Origin: Eledone cirrhosa | Taxonomy: Eukaryota | Direction: 5' to 3' | DNA length: 64,000 nucleotides | NCBI GenBank assembly: GCA_964016885.1 | Contig: OZ024746.1 | Span: forward strand, 60,016,001-60,080,000 | Shown here: piece after piece, positions 1 through 12,924 of the stretch | How the letters are laid out: every line of letters starts with the position of its first letter | Position numbering within the stretch: position 1 is the stretch's first letter | Translations under genes and position numbers: made by a program | The notes under the pieces: generated by a model | What the model was told of the DNA's origin: nothing | What the model saw: the letters and a program-made list of their open reading frames with translations, nothing else | The model's database searches: none

Positions 1-2034
1 AAAAGCTTCATGGGTGCACAGCCACACAGTAGCTGTATTGGTGCTATGTGCATAAAAATTCTACTGGTTAATAGCTTTGAAATGTTGCTGCGCAGTAGCT
101 TTCAATCTAAAATATTATTCCACAAAGCATCAAACATTCTGCTCAGTGCTTTGGAAAATTTAAAACCATTGCCTCTTCCCCATCATTGGGTAAATGGAAA
201 ATAAAGTTGCAAGATTTGAACTCAATATATAGGGACTAAACATTTTGTCCATTGCCTCATTTTTTATTCTGCTAGTCATTACTCAATATTAATAATGCTT
301 TCTAGTTTAGGCACAAGGCCAGCAATTTTGAAGTGAATGGAACAGTTGATTATATCGATGACAGTACTTGACTGGTACTTTATATTATGAGCCCCGGAAG
401 GATGAAAGGTGAAGTGGACTTTGGTGGGATTTGCATTCAGAACATCTAGAGCCGGAACAAATGCTGCATTTGTTAGGATTCATACTTTCTTCAACAAATA
501 ATAACAACAACAACAACGTTGTCAGCAATAATAAATGATGTTCATGATGGTGATGACAAGCCTTGAGAAAAGATATCAATGAAAATCAAAGATCAAATAG
601 AAAAAGAGAGGAGAGACACATTGTTGCCATGGAAACAGAATTATGACATTTTATACAAACACACACACACACACACACATATAACATATATATATATATC
701 ATTTGACAACCAAAAGAAATGCCATAATTATTCCTATTTTCTTTGTTTATTTGTTCTTGTTATATTGGTGGGGGTGGTACAGTTGTTGCTGTAGTTGTAG
801 TGATAGTGACTGTTATAATTGTTTCTGTTATTGTTGTAGTGGTTGTAGTTGTTACAATTGTTGCTGGAGTTTTTATTTGCTTTTGTTGCAGTTGTTATTG
901 TTGTTGTTATAGTAGTGGGTATTGCTGCTGTGGTTGCTGTTGTAAGTGCCTGAGTGAGGCAGAGATTCTATTATGTAAGGCTATACTGAAGAAACTTGTT
1001 TAACAATTCATGTCTCTCAGCACTACAACTTTCTATCTTGACACTCCACACTCACAAGTACACATACAAACACATAAACACATTCATACTAAAACTGAAG
1101 ACTTGCACTGCTGTATAAACACACACACACACAAAACATTCATGCACACAAGAACACACTCATATACACAAACAAATATATTCATAACAGAATTGAATAT
1201 TTGCACTGCTATATCCACACGCACACACACACACATGCATACAGAAACACACTCATATACAGCATCATAGTTTTAAGATGAAAAATAAAGAAATTTGGAG
1301 AAATGGAGAAGTGTTGCTATGTGAAACCATCTTCGAGCCTCAAATTCTAGACTCCCCAATCCAATAATGTCCACCACACAGAGAACAAAAGTAAAGTAAG
1401 AAAAAACAACACAATTTAGAAAAAGCAAAAAAAGAAAATATACAAAAAATATCTATATATATGTGTGTGTGTATATTTATGGTTATATATGTATGTTTCT
1501 GTGTTAGTGTGTATGTATAGGTCCTCAGTTCAGATTTATACTCTTCTCTGTAATGAACAGGAACACTGTGTGTATGTGTGCGTGTATATATGTATATATA
1601 CATACAGAGAAGCCTGTGGCTGGCATTTTTGATACAACAGCAAGTTATGTATCTCAGTGTATGTATACATGTGTGTGTTTGCATACATGTGTGTGTTTGC
1701 ATACATGTGTGTGTATGTATTTATATATGTGTGTTTGTCTGTGTATATATATAAGTCAGTCTTCTTCAAATTTAATAAATCCATTCAGTGTTTTGAGCCC
1801 GTTGCTCGGAGAAAAACATCGTCACTAGAATTATCGAAATAACAAGGAAAATGGAAGCTGTGTACGCAGAAAGCGCTGCTGTGTACACAGGAAGTGCAGC
1901 TTGCCGTGTACACAGGGAGTGCAACCATGTTCACAGGAAGTGCAGCTTGCCATGCACACAGGAAGTGCAGCTGTCCATTGCAACACAAGACAAAGACAGG
2001 AAAAAAAAATAACCAAACAAATGACCGACGACAT

Positions 2035-3282
2035 CTAGGCAGTCGATTCCTTCAGATTGTCTAGGTAATCTCGAAATTGCTCATAAGTAAGCCCCATTGC
2101 CTCGTAATCCCACTCTGGAGGGGCGGCAGTATGATGATTATTACTACTATGACTGTCCATACTAAACCCTGCTGCCCCTGTTGCTGTTGCACCACCATTT
2201 TCGGCAGGTATGGGATTGGCTGTAATGCGGATACTGCATTCAGATCCCATATATGTAGACACGGTACTGTTGCGATTGCTGCCACTTCCACTACCGCCTC
2301 CAGCAGATGCGGCGGCGGAAGAATTAGCTGATGCTGATCCAGCTGACCTAGTGCTCTCTGTGCCACTGTACAGACGAGCACGCATCTGGTTACCATTGAA
2401 GTCCTCCTCAGGCATCAGAGTCTGTGAGCAACGCGTGTTGACGGCATTCCGTTCCAGCGTTGCTTGACCAACCCACACCCAGTCACGGGCACTCGACACA
2501 GGCTCTGTCCCACCACATGTGTCTTTCGGCATTTGCTTGCGTCGATAGCGTACAGTGAAGACGACGCAATTCACTGTGAACACAATGATTGCCATACAAA
2601 AGACAGCCAGCAGGACATACATGACAATCTCCAGTGCAGAGAGTTCCGGTGCTTTCACTACTTGTTGCAGCTGAGGTGCAGATTTTGGCCTCATTCCATC
2701 CATATCACTGTTGTTATCAATAAGAAAGGTCTGCTGCTGTTGTGGTTGGTTTGGTTGATGTTGGTGCGGCCGGTGTTCAGCTATTTTAGCAATTGGCTTC
2801 ACACCTTTCACCTTTTCAAAGTAGATTTTGTTATCTTGAGCGCTGATGTCAATGGTGGGTACAGAAAATGAAGTCTGGGGAGGCAACTTTTGGTTCCAGC
2901 GGTCACTAGCACGGCTTTCGTAGCGACTGACTCGGTTATCAAAGCGACTAGCTCGGTTGTCATAATGACTATCCCGTTGTAGCTTGTCGAGGTAGCTTCG
3001 TTCGTTAGTAAACTCGATGTTCATGTGAAGAGTTTTTGAGACAAGTGGTAACATGTTTTTCTTGAAACATCTGTGTCCAAGTCTAAGGGAGATGTTTAAC
3101 TGGCCCTCACCAGGTCCTGTTGCAATCACATATGGTTGATAGGGTAATCCAAAGGGTCGAGGGATTTTCAGCACTTGTCGATTGAGTGAAGAAATTTCTA
3201 GCTTGTAATCTAATGGTGAAATATATTTGAGAGGAACAATCGTCTTGTCTGAAAACTGCACAGCAATGTCCAACAAGGCCTC
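2035..3282 (-). CDS. TMEM132: TMEM132 terminal coding exon: end of ectodomain, transmembrane helix and cytoplasmic tail
   Basis: Acceptor cattacag|. Reads EALLDIAVQFSD..GPGEG..LSALEIVMYVLLAVFCMAIIVFTVNCVVFTVRYRRKQMP..DWVWVG, matching family hallmarks 'L.[23 protein letters not shown]...Y..K' and 'HDWVWLG'. Stop TAG at 2035-2037. Confidence 0.95.
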   Translation of the reverse strand, partial: EALLDIAVQFSDKTIVPLKYISPLDYKLEISSLNRQVLKIPRPFGLPYQPYVIATGPGEGQLNISLRLGHRCFKKNMLPLVSKTLHMNIEFTNERSYLDKLQRDSHYDNRASRFDNRVSRYESRASDRWNQKLPPQTSFSVPTIDISAQDNKIYFEKVKGVKPIAKIAEHRPHQHQPNQPQQQQTFLIDNNSDMDGMRPKSAPQLQQVVKAPELSALEIVMYVLLAVFCMAIIVFTVNCVVFTVRYRRKQMPKDTCGGTEPVSSARDWVWVGQATLERNAVNTRCSQTLMPEEDFNGNQMRARLYSGTESTRSAGSASANSSAAASAGGGSGSGSNRNSTVSTYMGSECSIRITANPIPAENGGATATGAAGFSMDSHSSNNHHTAAPPEWDYEAMGLTYEQFRDYLDNLKESTA

Positions 3283-4367
3283 CTGTAATGAAAAATGGGA
3301 AAATTTTAAAATTAGATAGAATAACACAAGCATTTTAAGGCCATTTCCCTGCTAAAGCAGGGGTTGGCCTTGTGAGCTTCATGAGAGGTTTCATATTCAT
3401 CATGGGGACATTTTTGAGGCAATGTTTTATAACTCAACTCAACAGGGATACAGTTTAGCAATTCTAAACTGGTTACACACAACTTTTTATATTAGATAAA
3501 ATTGTTTTAGGAAATGAATTTAGTGACTCACTAGAAGAATGGCCCGGCATTGCTCGGGATTCTAAACATAGATTGGCATGTTTATCCCGCTTTCTGAAAC
3601 AGTACAGAGAAGTACGGAATACCTCGGCCTCGGGATGGTGTCTACATTTTGTGTTTATAAAAAAAATTTGTCGTAGATTACTGATTTTCTTATTTCATTT
3701 CTGAGGTATGTATGCTTGTACGTATGTATGTGTTATAGGTGGCGAATTGGCAGAGTCGTTAGAACATCAGATAAAATGCTTTATGGCAGGGGTGTGCAAG
3801 ATATTCCATTGGTGAGCCACTTTTGAACATTAGAACAACTATTAGAGCCATTAATATTTATTAATCACTATTCCAAAGATTCACAACTTCTTTCCATAAC
3901 ATGAAACTGGGAAATTATAACACACATAACCCTATCAGTGAAGCCCTTTAGAATCGGTCAACTAACAGAAAATTGTATTACGGTCACAAAAAGAAATTTT
4001 AAATAAGCCTACAAGGTAAAAATTAAAAACAGTCATCGCAGACCACCCTGACAGGCCTGGCGGACCCTGACAATCCGGCCCGCCTGCTTTATGGTATTCC
4101 GGCTCTCTGCTCTCTGAGTTCAAATCCTGCCATTTTCTTTCAGAGAAATAAGGAGATAAATAGGGGGAATGTAAGAAGGAGATATAGAAGTAGAATCAAC
4201 AATAGTATTGGACTGGTACTTTATTTATCGACATCGCTAAAAGGCAAAGTTCACTTCGGTTTGGTGTGAACTTACATGTGAACTTAAGACGAATATCACC
4301 AAACATTCTATCAAACGCCGTTCAAACTCTGCCAATACGGTACCTATTACGTTGATATATAAATACA

Positions 4368-4623
4368 CTAGCAGAATGGCCCGGCGTTGCTCGGGATTCT
4401 AAACATAGATTGGCATGTTTATCCCTCCTTTCTGAAAAAGTACAGAGAAGTATGGAATACCTCGGCCTCGGGAGGGTGTCTACATTTTGTGCTTATAAAA
4501 AAAATTTGTCGTAGATTACCAGGGTTTTTTTCCGTGCGAAGAAAATCAATACTTTATCGCAAAATAAATACTTTTGTTTATATTTTGTTATTGTGTATGC
4601 AAAAATATCTGTACACGAATGTA

Positions 4624-4669
<46 letters not shown>

Positions 4670-5024
4670 TAACAGATTAAAGTTTAAGCAAAGAATCGCT
4701 GCTTTCACCCTTAACGGGATCTTCTGAAACTAAAAAAATCAATCTGTGAACACAGAAGTAAATATTTCGAAAAACGTTACACACTATATATATATATACA
4801 CACACACACAGACAGTCAGGCATACAGACAGATATTATAAGGGCGCAACGTTATATCTAGGTATCTATAGATACATAGGGCATTGAAAATTTGAAATATT
4901 TTTGGCTCAAAACACTCACAGGACCATAAGTATTACATGTGTAAAGTTTGAAAACTATCAGTTGGGTGGTTCTCGAGTTTTAGGGAGTCAGACAGACAGA
5001 CATTCTCTGTTTTAGATATATAGA
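4368..5024 (-). mobile_element. Non-autonomous Helitron with an internal (TA)n/PLE-like insert; partial 3'-end copy at 3531-about 3700
   Basis: Plus strand reads a|CTAG..CCCGGCGTTGCTCGGG ... ACAGACAGAC..TATATAGA|t, i.e. TC...hairpin...CTAG on the minus strand. Confidence 0.8.
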
Positions 5025-5124
5025 TTTTGTGAATCACAAAGATATCTACAAGAATTGTTTTGTATGTTGTTTAGCCCCAAGATGAGCAAAGTGTACTCTA
5101 GCCTATATTTATATTGTATTGATC

Positions 5125-5690
5125 ACCACCATGACTTACATCTATTGTAACTACCATCCACCACCATCATGATCTACATCTACTGTAACTACCATCCATC
5201 ACCATGACCTACATCCACTGTAGCTACCATTCACTACTACCACCATTACCTACCTCCACTGGAGCTACCATCTACCATCACCGTAACCATCCACCACTGT
5301 AGCTACCATCACCATTATCTACCTCCACTGTAGCCACCATCTACCATTATCTACCTCCACTGTAGCTACCATCTACTATCACTACCCCCACCATTACCAT
5401 CCACCACTGTAGCTACCATCTACTATCACTACCACCACCATTACCTATCTCCACTGTAGCTACCATCTATCATCACCACCACCATTACCATCCACCACTG
5501 TAGCTACCATTCACTACCACCATTGCCTACAGCCAGTGTAGCTACCATCCAGCATCTCCACCACCACTACCATTATCTACATCCATTAGCTACCGTTCAC
5601 TACCACCACCACCACCATTACCTACCTCCACTGTAACTACCATCCACTACCATTACCTACTTTCACTATAGATACCATCCACCACCATCA
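5125..5690. repeat. Degenerate (ACC/CTACC) minisatellite
   Basis: Repeated CCACTGTAGCTACCATC units with ACCACCATT spacers. Confidence 0.85.
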
Positions 5691-6252
5691 CATCTCTATA
5701 CCAGTCTGATATAGCTCTGCTCCAGACACCTAGTCCTATACAACACTTTATCTGTTACAATCATTTTTGTCTCAACAATGTATTTTGATGAAGAATTTTG
5801 TTAGAATTTTGTGGATGTTGCCTCATGGTCCCATCAGATAGAATGGCCAATGTGTTACCCTAGAAAATAGCAAGGGAGATGTGTAGAAAGAGCCAGTCTA
5901 TCTTGTAGGGATCATTCTTTAATCTTTTTGCATTTAAATCAACTGTATCCAGTCAGAATTCTCTCACCTGTTTCTGTTCAAACCAGCCGTAATTGGCTGC
6001 TCATACTTATGTTAAGGTATTGTTCTCAAAATAAATAATATCAAAATCTCATAGATTCAATATTATGCAAGATAAAGTGCTAAACGGTTAAGGGATCCAG
6101 GATATCTGATGTTTCCACCTCTATGTGTTCAACGATATATTTATCAAAGAATGGCTAGTACATTGACAGCTTGAAATCTCCATATTGTCAGGCAACAGAA
6201 TCTGGATCTGATCCTATATCAAACATTATAACAATAATATCAATTGACTTAC

Positions 6253-6444
6253 CTGGAATTTAGTTTCCAGTTGGTTGTTGACATGGACCACAGCCAGGAT
6301 TGTGGTGGGGTCATTCAGTGCAGCTTCTCTGATCTCCAGGCTTATGTCTGTCACTGTATTTATGAGCAAGCGTTGGATGGTCACTTTCTCTTGGCTTACT
6401 CGTATTTCTTTGGCAGCCATAACCCGACTTGTTGGTGACAATAC
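6253..6444 (-). CDS. TMEM132: TMEM132 exon (VLSPTSRVMAAKEIRVSQEKVTIQRL..QLETKFQ)
   Basis: Acceptor ccaacag|, donor CAG|gtaagt, 192 bp, phase 0-0. Matches the family 'VLSP....LA.K...V..EKV.I..L' motif. Confidence 0.92.
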
Positions 6445-6979
6445 CTGTTGGTAATTAAGCAAAAAATTAGGTGAGCTTACTAGGTTAACTCTTGTGAGCA
6501 TATTTATAATGAAATATTTTTCTATAAACCCTTTTGATACCAAACATCCTTAAACCATCCCTAATTCTACAATACAAAACTGTTAAGTGCCTTTAGCAGG
6601 ACATCAGTTTCTTTCCCGACTTTTCTCCCTATCAATCTCACATTTCTCTACCTTCTCGAATTAACTTTTTTGTTACCATATTTCTAATGAAAGATACTGC
6701 CTATAATTTTCAAATCATTAAAAAATAATAAAGAATTTGGAGAGATTTAGTAGTATAACTAACTTTCTCATTATTAAGATGCTTGGAACATAGCTTAACA
6801 AAGGTTCTCTCTTAAAATTATGATGAAAGGTTTTTAGGTAAATATAAACAGTTTAAGACAAACTTAATGGTTTCATGTTACAGTCGTTCAAAATAAATTT
6901 AAAACTAACAGAGGGAATTTAATGGTAAGAGAATTAATGTGATATGTAGAGTTCTCTCCCTTAGTTTATTACTGCTTAC

Positions 6980-7238
6980 CTGAATTTCCGTTAGGCCTGG
7001 GTTTTTGCCCATAATGATGTTCCCGCTTAAGGAAGCGATGTGGCTATCAGACATGCGTAGACGGTCCTTCAACATTTCAGTGACTCTGAAGTAGGTCTTC
7101 TTGCCAGTGTAGTACTGCAGTCGGCCATTGTCCAGGACACAGAAACTGGCGTACACATCAACAGTCGATTGCTGGTAACGTAGACGACACATATTGCGTG
7201 TTGGGTCATCCAGGATTTTGTCCCTCTTCTTACGGCGA
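6980..7238 (-). CDS. TMEM132: TMEM132 exon (RRKKRDK..CRLRYQQSTVDVYASF..GKNPGLTEIQ)
   Basis: Acceptor tttttcag|, donor CAG|gtaagc, 259 bp, phase 2 to 0. Contains the 'C.LxYQ.A.V.V...F' and 'G..PG.T.IQ' motifs. Confidence 0.92.
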
Positions 7239-8995
7239 CTGAAAAACAGAAATAACATAAGAATAAGGAAATTGATAAATAAAATACAAATGACAGAATC
7301 CATAATTTACTGATTTTTGCATCTATTTAGATTTGTTGTTGGTAGGGGTGGGGGTCCCTACTATATTCAGAGGCACTTTGGCCATACAGGCATTTAGACA
7401 CTGCTCAGTGAGTCAATGTGGTAGGTAAAGAGAAAACAGCTGAAAAATGTCACGAGAAACGTAAGTCATAATCACTGCACAAAGATCGAGATGAAAGTGG
7501 AACATGACTTAGCTGAGCAGTGAAAAGTCACCCCCCACCTCTAGCCTCCCCCCTCCGTTAGTCAATGTCGCCCAGTTGTTTGGGTTGAAAGAAGAACCAG
7601 TCTGTTTCTGGCAATGTTCCTTCATTGCAGTATTAGTGTCACATCATAGGACAGAGAAGTTAAGAGTTAAAATTAAAGTCTGTCATACTCCCTGAGGCTC
7701 ACCAAGCTGGAGTTTATCCTAGTTCCATTGGTGTTAAGTGACTGATAGTATAAGACTGCCCTCTTGACAAGACACCAGTCCATCACAAGGTTAACCCCCA
7801 GCTGCTGCTGTTGCTGGTGGTACCCATTTTCAGCTGAGTTGACTAAAGCAACATGCATTGAAGTGTTCTGTTCAAGACCACAACATGCCACTTGGTCCCT
7901 ACATCAAAACCATGGCATTATGATCATGAGCCCAACACCATAATCACTAGACCTTCAAAAGACTAGAATGTAAATTAACATGTGTGTTTGTGTATTGGAC
8001 TTCTGTCAGTTCTGATGATAAGTGTTCCAGTTGTATAATCAATAGAACAGACTCCTCGTGAAATTAACATGCAAATGGCTGAGCATTCCACAAGCCTTTA
8101 TACACCTAATATAATTCTTAGGGAGATAATGTGTAATAAAGCTGGCTCTTTGAATTTCAGGTACAACTTTTTTCAACTGAGTGGACTGAAGCAATGTGAA
8201 AAATATGTCTTGTTTGAGGACACAATATACTGCCTGGTGCAGGAAAACCATAACATTATATTCATATCCTGTCGAGGTTAACTTTGCCTTTCATCCTTAT
8301 GGGGTCGATAAAATAAAGTACCAGTAATGTACTGGGTTATTGCTGGCCTTGTGCCAAAAGTAGAAACAATTATATTCATAAGCCTAACACCCTAACCACT
8401 GACTGTGCATATTCAGACACACACACATGTCATTGTGGCTATATCTAGAATGCCTTTATTTATAGACATGTTCCCTATGATTCACCATGGGCTAAACCAA
8501 GGCATCTCAAACCTTTTACTTGTAAACAAAGATGTATTTTATTTCACCCCAAACAAATTAATATAAAATTACAAAACATAACTAATTTACCAGTGTTCAT
8601 TTCAATTTACATAAGAAAAGAATCAGTAAATTATAAATGCAAACACACCTTTAATGTTTGAATAATTTTTAATGGGAAGAATGGGTCTGGTGAACCTGGA
8701 GAAATCTACATGATCCAGGGATTTTTTTTTTTTTGTTCTTCTGTTATAAAGGAATTAATGTAAACTAGTAAATTCACCTCACTGTGAGCACCTAAGCTTA
8801 TATTCACTCTTAAGGTTCTATATGGACCACTTTGAGAAGCCGTGAGCTAAACAATAACAACAACTTTTCACTGCCTTATATTTCTTTAAGAATATTAATG
8901 GCACCATTCACCCCATCTCAGAGGTCATATGCACACATAGTGACAGTCCAGTTATTATGATAAAGAAGTGAGTGGTGTACTGTGAGGGTACTTAC

Positions 8996-9201
8996 AGCAA
9001 GATGCGGTCCTTTGTCACTTTCCATCGTTTGATCTGACTGAGCTTGTTATCTGACAACTGGATGTTGAGCCTTTCATCTGGCATCCACACTGTGACATGT
9101 GTGAAGGCCACCAACTGCCGTGATTTAGCAATCACTGTGACATTCCGGGACCCAATCTTTTCTTTACCGTCAACATAGATGAACGAACAGTTCCGAGAGA
9201 C
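8996..9201 (-). CDS. TMEM132: TMEM132 exon (VSRNCSFIYVDGKE..VTVWMPDERLNIQLSDNKLSQIKRWKV)
   Basis: Acceptor ttgcag|, donor CT|gtaagt, 206 bp, phase 0 to 2. Matches the family motif 'VS..C..V.V.GKE..TVW.P..L.I..SD..L.QIKGW.V'. Confidence 0.93.
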
Positions 9202-9263
9202 CTGCAATAAAATAAACATCATTGTTGTTATGATTATTATTATTATTAGTAGTAGTAGCAGTA

Positions 9264-9490
9264 GGGCGGTGGAGTGGCAGTATCAGTAGGGAATCGGACA
9301 CCATGCTTTGCAGCATAGAGTTATGGTCCTTTACGGTCTGGGTTCAAATCCCACCGAGGTTAACTTTGCCTTTCATCCTTACGGGGTCGATAAAATAAAG
9401 CACCAGTAACGTACTGGGGTCAATTTAATCAACTTTCCCCTCCCCCCCCAAATTGCTGGCCTTGTGCCTATACTAGAAATCCTTATTAGT
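9264..9490 (+). mobile_element. tRNA-head SINE with Nin/Deu-like domain; copies at 36460-36650 (+), 44882-45065 (-), 53700-53912 (-), about 300-470 (-), 8270-8375
   Basis: B box GGTTCAAATCC followed by GCCTTTCATCCTTACGGGGTCGATAAAATAAAG(T/C)ACCAG, resembling the Deu/Nin SINE core; multiple near-identical copies in the window. Confidence 0.8.
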
Positions 9491-9701
9491 AGTAGTAGTA
9501 GTACATAGCCCACTGTTTTACAGACAGAATAAATAATATCTAGTTTCTCTACCAAATCATATGAAAGCTATATTTATGGACTGTATATATATATATATAT
9601 TGCTCTCGCTCTGATTGATTAACAAAATCCCAGACCTCATTCATTTGCTGAGAGGGGGTGGACCTCGTCAAATCAGAACAAGGAAACTATGTTTCCATTG
9701 G

Positions 9702-10540
9702 TCTGAAAGGGAGATTGCATGATGCCTGTATACGAACAGCAATGCTACATGGCAGTGAGACATGGGCATTGCGTGCAGAGGACCTGTGCAGACTGGAAAG
9801 GAACGAAGCATGCATGCTCCATTGGATGTGTAATACATGAACAGCAAAGTATAAATGAACGAAGTGAGAAATTAGGAATAAGAGGAATCAGATGCTGTTT
9901 ACTTAAGAGAAGACTACATTGGTTTGGTCATGTGATGCGTATGAAAGACGACAGCTGTATAAAAAAGTGCAGGGCAATCAAAATTGATGGAAGTTACGGA
10001 GTAGGTAGACCCAGAAAAACCTGGGATAATTTGATAAATCCAACCTTACACACTTGCACCTCTCTAAGACAATGTCACTGGACCGAGATCTTTAGCGCTA
10101 TGCAGTAATACAGAAGACCCGCCTTGCCTATGTAGAAAGCGAAACCTACAGTCAGTAGGCACCTCTTAACCAAATATACACCCCAATCCACTACCCCTAC
10201 TCTATCCTCCCACTCCCACCAACACCACCCTCTCTCTGTAAAGTTGGTACCACAACATCCAGTCCAAATAAATGAGATAATGAGATCGAGATCGTGTAGG
10301 TGTCACAACAAAAAACACACAGTCCACGCTGTTATGAGGCCATGTAGGTAACACAGTAAAAGTTCCCAGTTCACACTGTAAATGTGGTTGGTTTTAGGAA
10401 GGGCATCCAGCCGTAGAAAACCTGCCAGATAGTCCTATATGAGCGAGACATGGTCACCCGACCAACCTTGCCTCAAGTGGGACAACTTTCGTCTAACCCA
10501 TGCTAGCGTGGAAGATGGGCGTTAAACGATGATGATGATT
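9702..10540 (+). mobile_element. RTE family A 3' fragment (diverged)
   Basis: LKGRLHDACIRTAMLHGSETW..RRLHWFGHV..GRPRKTW with frameshift, followed by 3' UTR and GAT tail. Confidence 0.9.
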
Positions 10541-10740
10541 GCCGTCTTCAGAAATAATGAAGACGGCGGGAAGTGAAGACGTATGTATTTTTTTCTTACT
10601 ATGATATTTTGTAATATTTTACATAGATCAATAATTAAATGGACATACGGGGAGCTACCCCCTAGAAACGATCGTAAAATAATGAGTTTTAATATGAATT
10701 AACCGTTTTGTGTTTAATTTCATTGTTTTAATATTTCTCA

Positions 10741-10786
<46 letters not shown>

Positions 10787-11699
10787 CGTGATATTCCTTG
10801 TTTGATAACGTGATATTCCTTGTTCGATCATTATACCTAAAGCTTATAGTTTTAAGCAGACAGTATTATTGATTTAGGAGTCATACAAACCCTGCATTTG
10901 GATTTTACCATCAATTCCAAAGGGTCCAGGTCTGTTTTTTTATCATTTATTTTGTTTTGACCTGTTTAGCTTGATTTGCTTTTTGGCTTGGGTGGTTGAT
11001 GCTTTCTTGACCACTTTTTTAGTTTTGTATGGCGTTTTAACATATTGTTTAGCTCTGGTTTTTTAACTATGGAACGCTTGCCAGCATAATTCTGATTTTT
11101 GCGTTTCATTCGCTTTCTCTACCTGCCAAAATGCGATTCTCGCTGAATTTATATTTATATATATATATATATATGTATGTCTAATGTTTGATGATGATGA
11201 TACCACATACACACACACATACATCTTCATTATCATCATTTTACATCCACTTTTCATGCTGGCATGGATTGGATGGATCATCACAGTCCACAACTAGACA
11301 AGTTAAGGAGGCAACATCTTGCCAATATATTCTATATTTTGTCATGGTTTCTACAGTTGAATGTCCTTCCTAAAACCAACCACTTTACAAAGTGTACTGC
11401 ATGCATTTCTTCATGACACCAGCAAAACCACTTTAACAGAGTGTAGTGAGTTCATTTTATCATGTCACTAGCATTAACACTTTGCAGAGTATACTGGATG
11501 CCCTTAATATTGTCACCAGCACAATCACTTGAGTGGAAAGAAAAATATGATATTTCATGAGTGGGATGCCCTTACTTATACAACTGTTGGATCAGGGCTG
11601 ACCTTGTCATAGACAACCACAACAATACTAATAATTACAATAAACTCCCTAAATCCAACTGAGATCAAATAATGAGGAGATGGACCAAGGCCCAGGTAC

Positions 11700-11843
11700 C
11701 TTTAGGACGTTGTCGTTGCTCGAGTGACAGGAAGTCAGCCATGTAACGTCATGGATACTCCCTTCTTTGTTGACCACGAATATCTGTAATGGGTAGGTTT
11801 GTGTCCGACCAGTGAGGGCTGCAATGTTCATTATCTCGGTCAC
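11700..11843 (-). CDS. TMEM132: TMEM132 exon (VTEIMNIAALTGRTQTYPLQIFVVNKEGSIHDVTWLTSCHSSNDNVLK)
   Basis: Acceptor ctttcag|, donor AAG|gtacct, 144 bp, phase 0-0. Matches the family motif 'TEILNTAxLTG..V.DV..C.S.D..V.K'. Confidence 0.92.
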
Positions 11844-12634
11844 CTGAAAGATGGATGTAGAGATAAAATGAAAAGAAAAAAAACAAAGAAAAACATTGGA
11901 TTATCTAACATAGGTGTAGGCATATCTGTATGGTTAAATAGTTCACTTCATGTTCACATAGTTTTGAGTTTACTCCCACTGCAAGGCATCTTGGGCAAGT
12001 GATTTCTACTATAACTTCAGATTGATCAATGTCTTGTAAACAGAAGCCTGTTGTGTGTGTATATATATATATATAATGTGAGTGTGTGTTTGTGAGTGTG
12101 TGTACATGCCTGTCTTTATGTTTTTGTCTTTGTCCACTTCTTAGTGAGACAACTAGAAGAGAAGATCCTAGCCAAGTGTAAGCTTCTATATCTAGCTTTC
12201 GTTGATCAGGAAAAGGCATTTGACAGAGTCCCACAATCTGTTATCAGGTGGTTCATAAGGAAACTGGGTGTAGATGAGTAGCTTGTGAAAACATTGCAAG
12301 ACATGTTCAGAGGAGCTGTCAGCAAAGTGAGAGTTGATAATGGAAAAAATGGACATACAAGGATGCTTTATATATTGATGTCATAAACAGAACAGTTTTT
12401 TTTAAATTCTTATCTTGCCACTTGTACTCATGAAGGTGTTGTGAGAAGAAGGAGCTGTCTTAGTGTGATGTCATGTGACATCAATGTTACTTTGACACCA
12501 ACAATCCACTTCTTTCTAGATTGGCCTCTAGCCTTGTGTGACCAAACTTCATTGTCTTATATACATAGTGGATTGCTGCACTGGTGAACAGGTTTTTCTG
12601 CCTAAAGAAGAAAGAAATGAAAGACACAACATAC

Positions 12635-12830
12635 CTTGAGAACAGGCACAAGTTTCTTCTCTTCGACTGATTGAATATTAACTTTGGTGACAAAATTCTT
12701 GTTTGGGATAAAGTGATGTTCTCTGTCATTGCCATCTACTTCATACTCCACGCTCCAAATGATGCGACCCACTTCAAAACCAGACAGATTATTGTCAACT
12801 TGCAGTTTCCATTTGAAGATCTCTTGTGGC
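12635..12830 (-). CDS. TMEM132: TMEM132 exon (PQEIFKWKLQV..IIWSVEYE..LVPVLK)
   Basis: Acceptor ttgcag|, donor AAG|gtatgt, 196 bp, phase 2 to 0. Contains an I-x-W-x-V-E-Y motif typical of the family. Confidence 0.88.
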
Positions 12831-12924
12831 CTGCAACAAAACAATATGTGGACAGTTTAGCTATTTTGTTAACATATTACTAAATTGCTGTCTCATTATA
12901 TACATATGTGTGTCTGTGTATATA

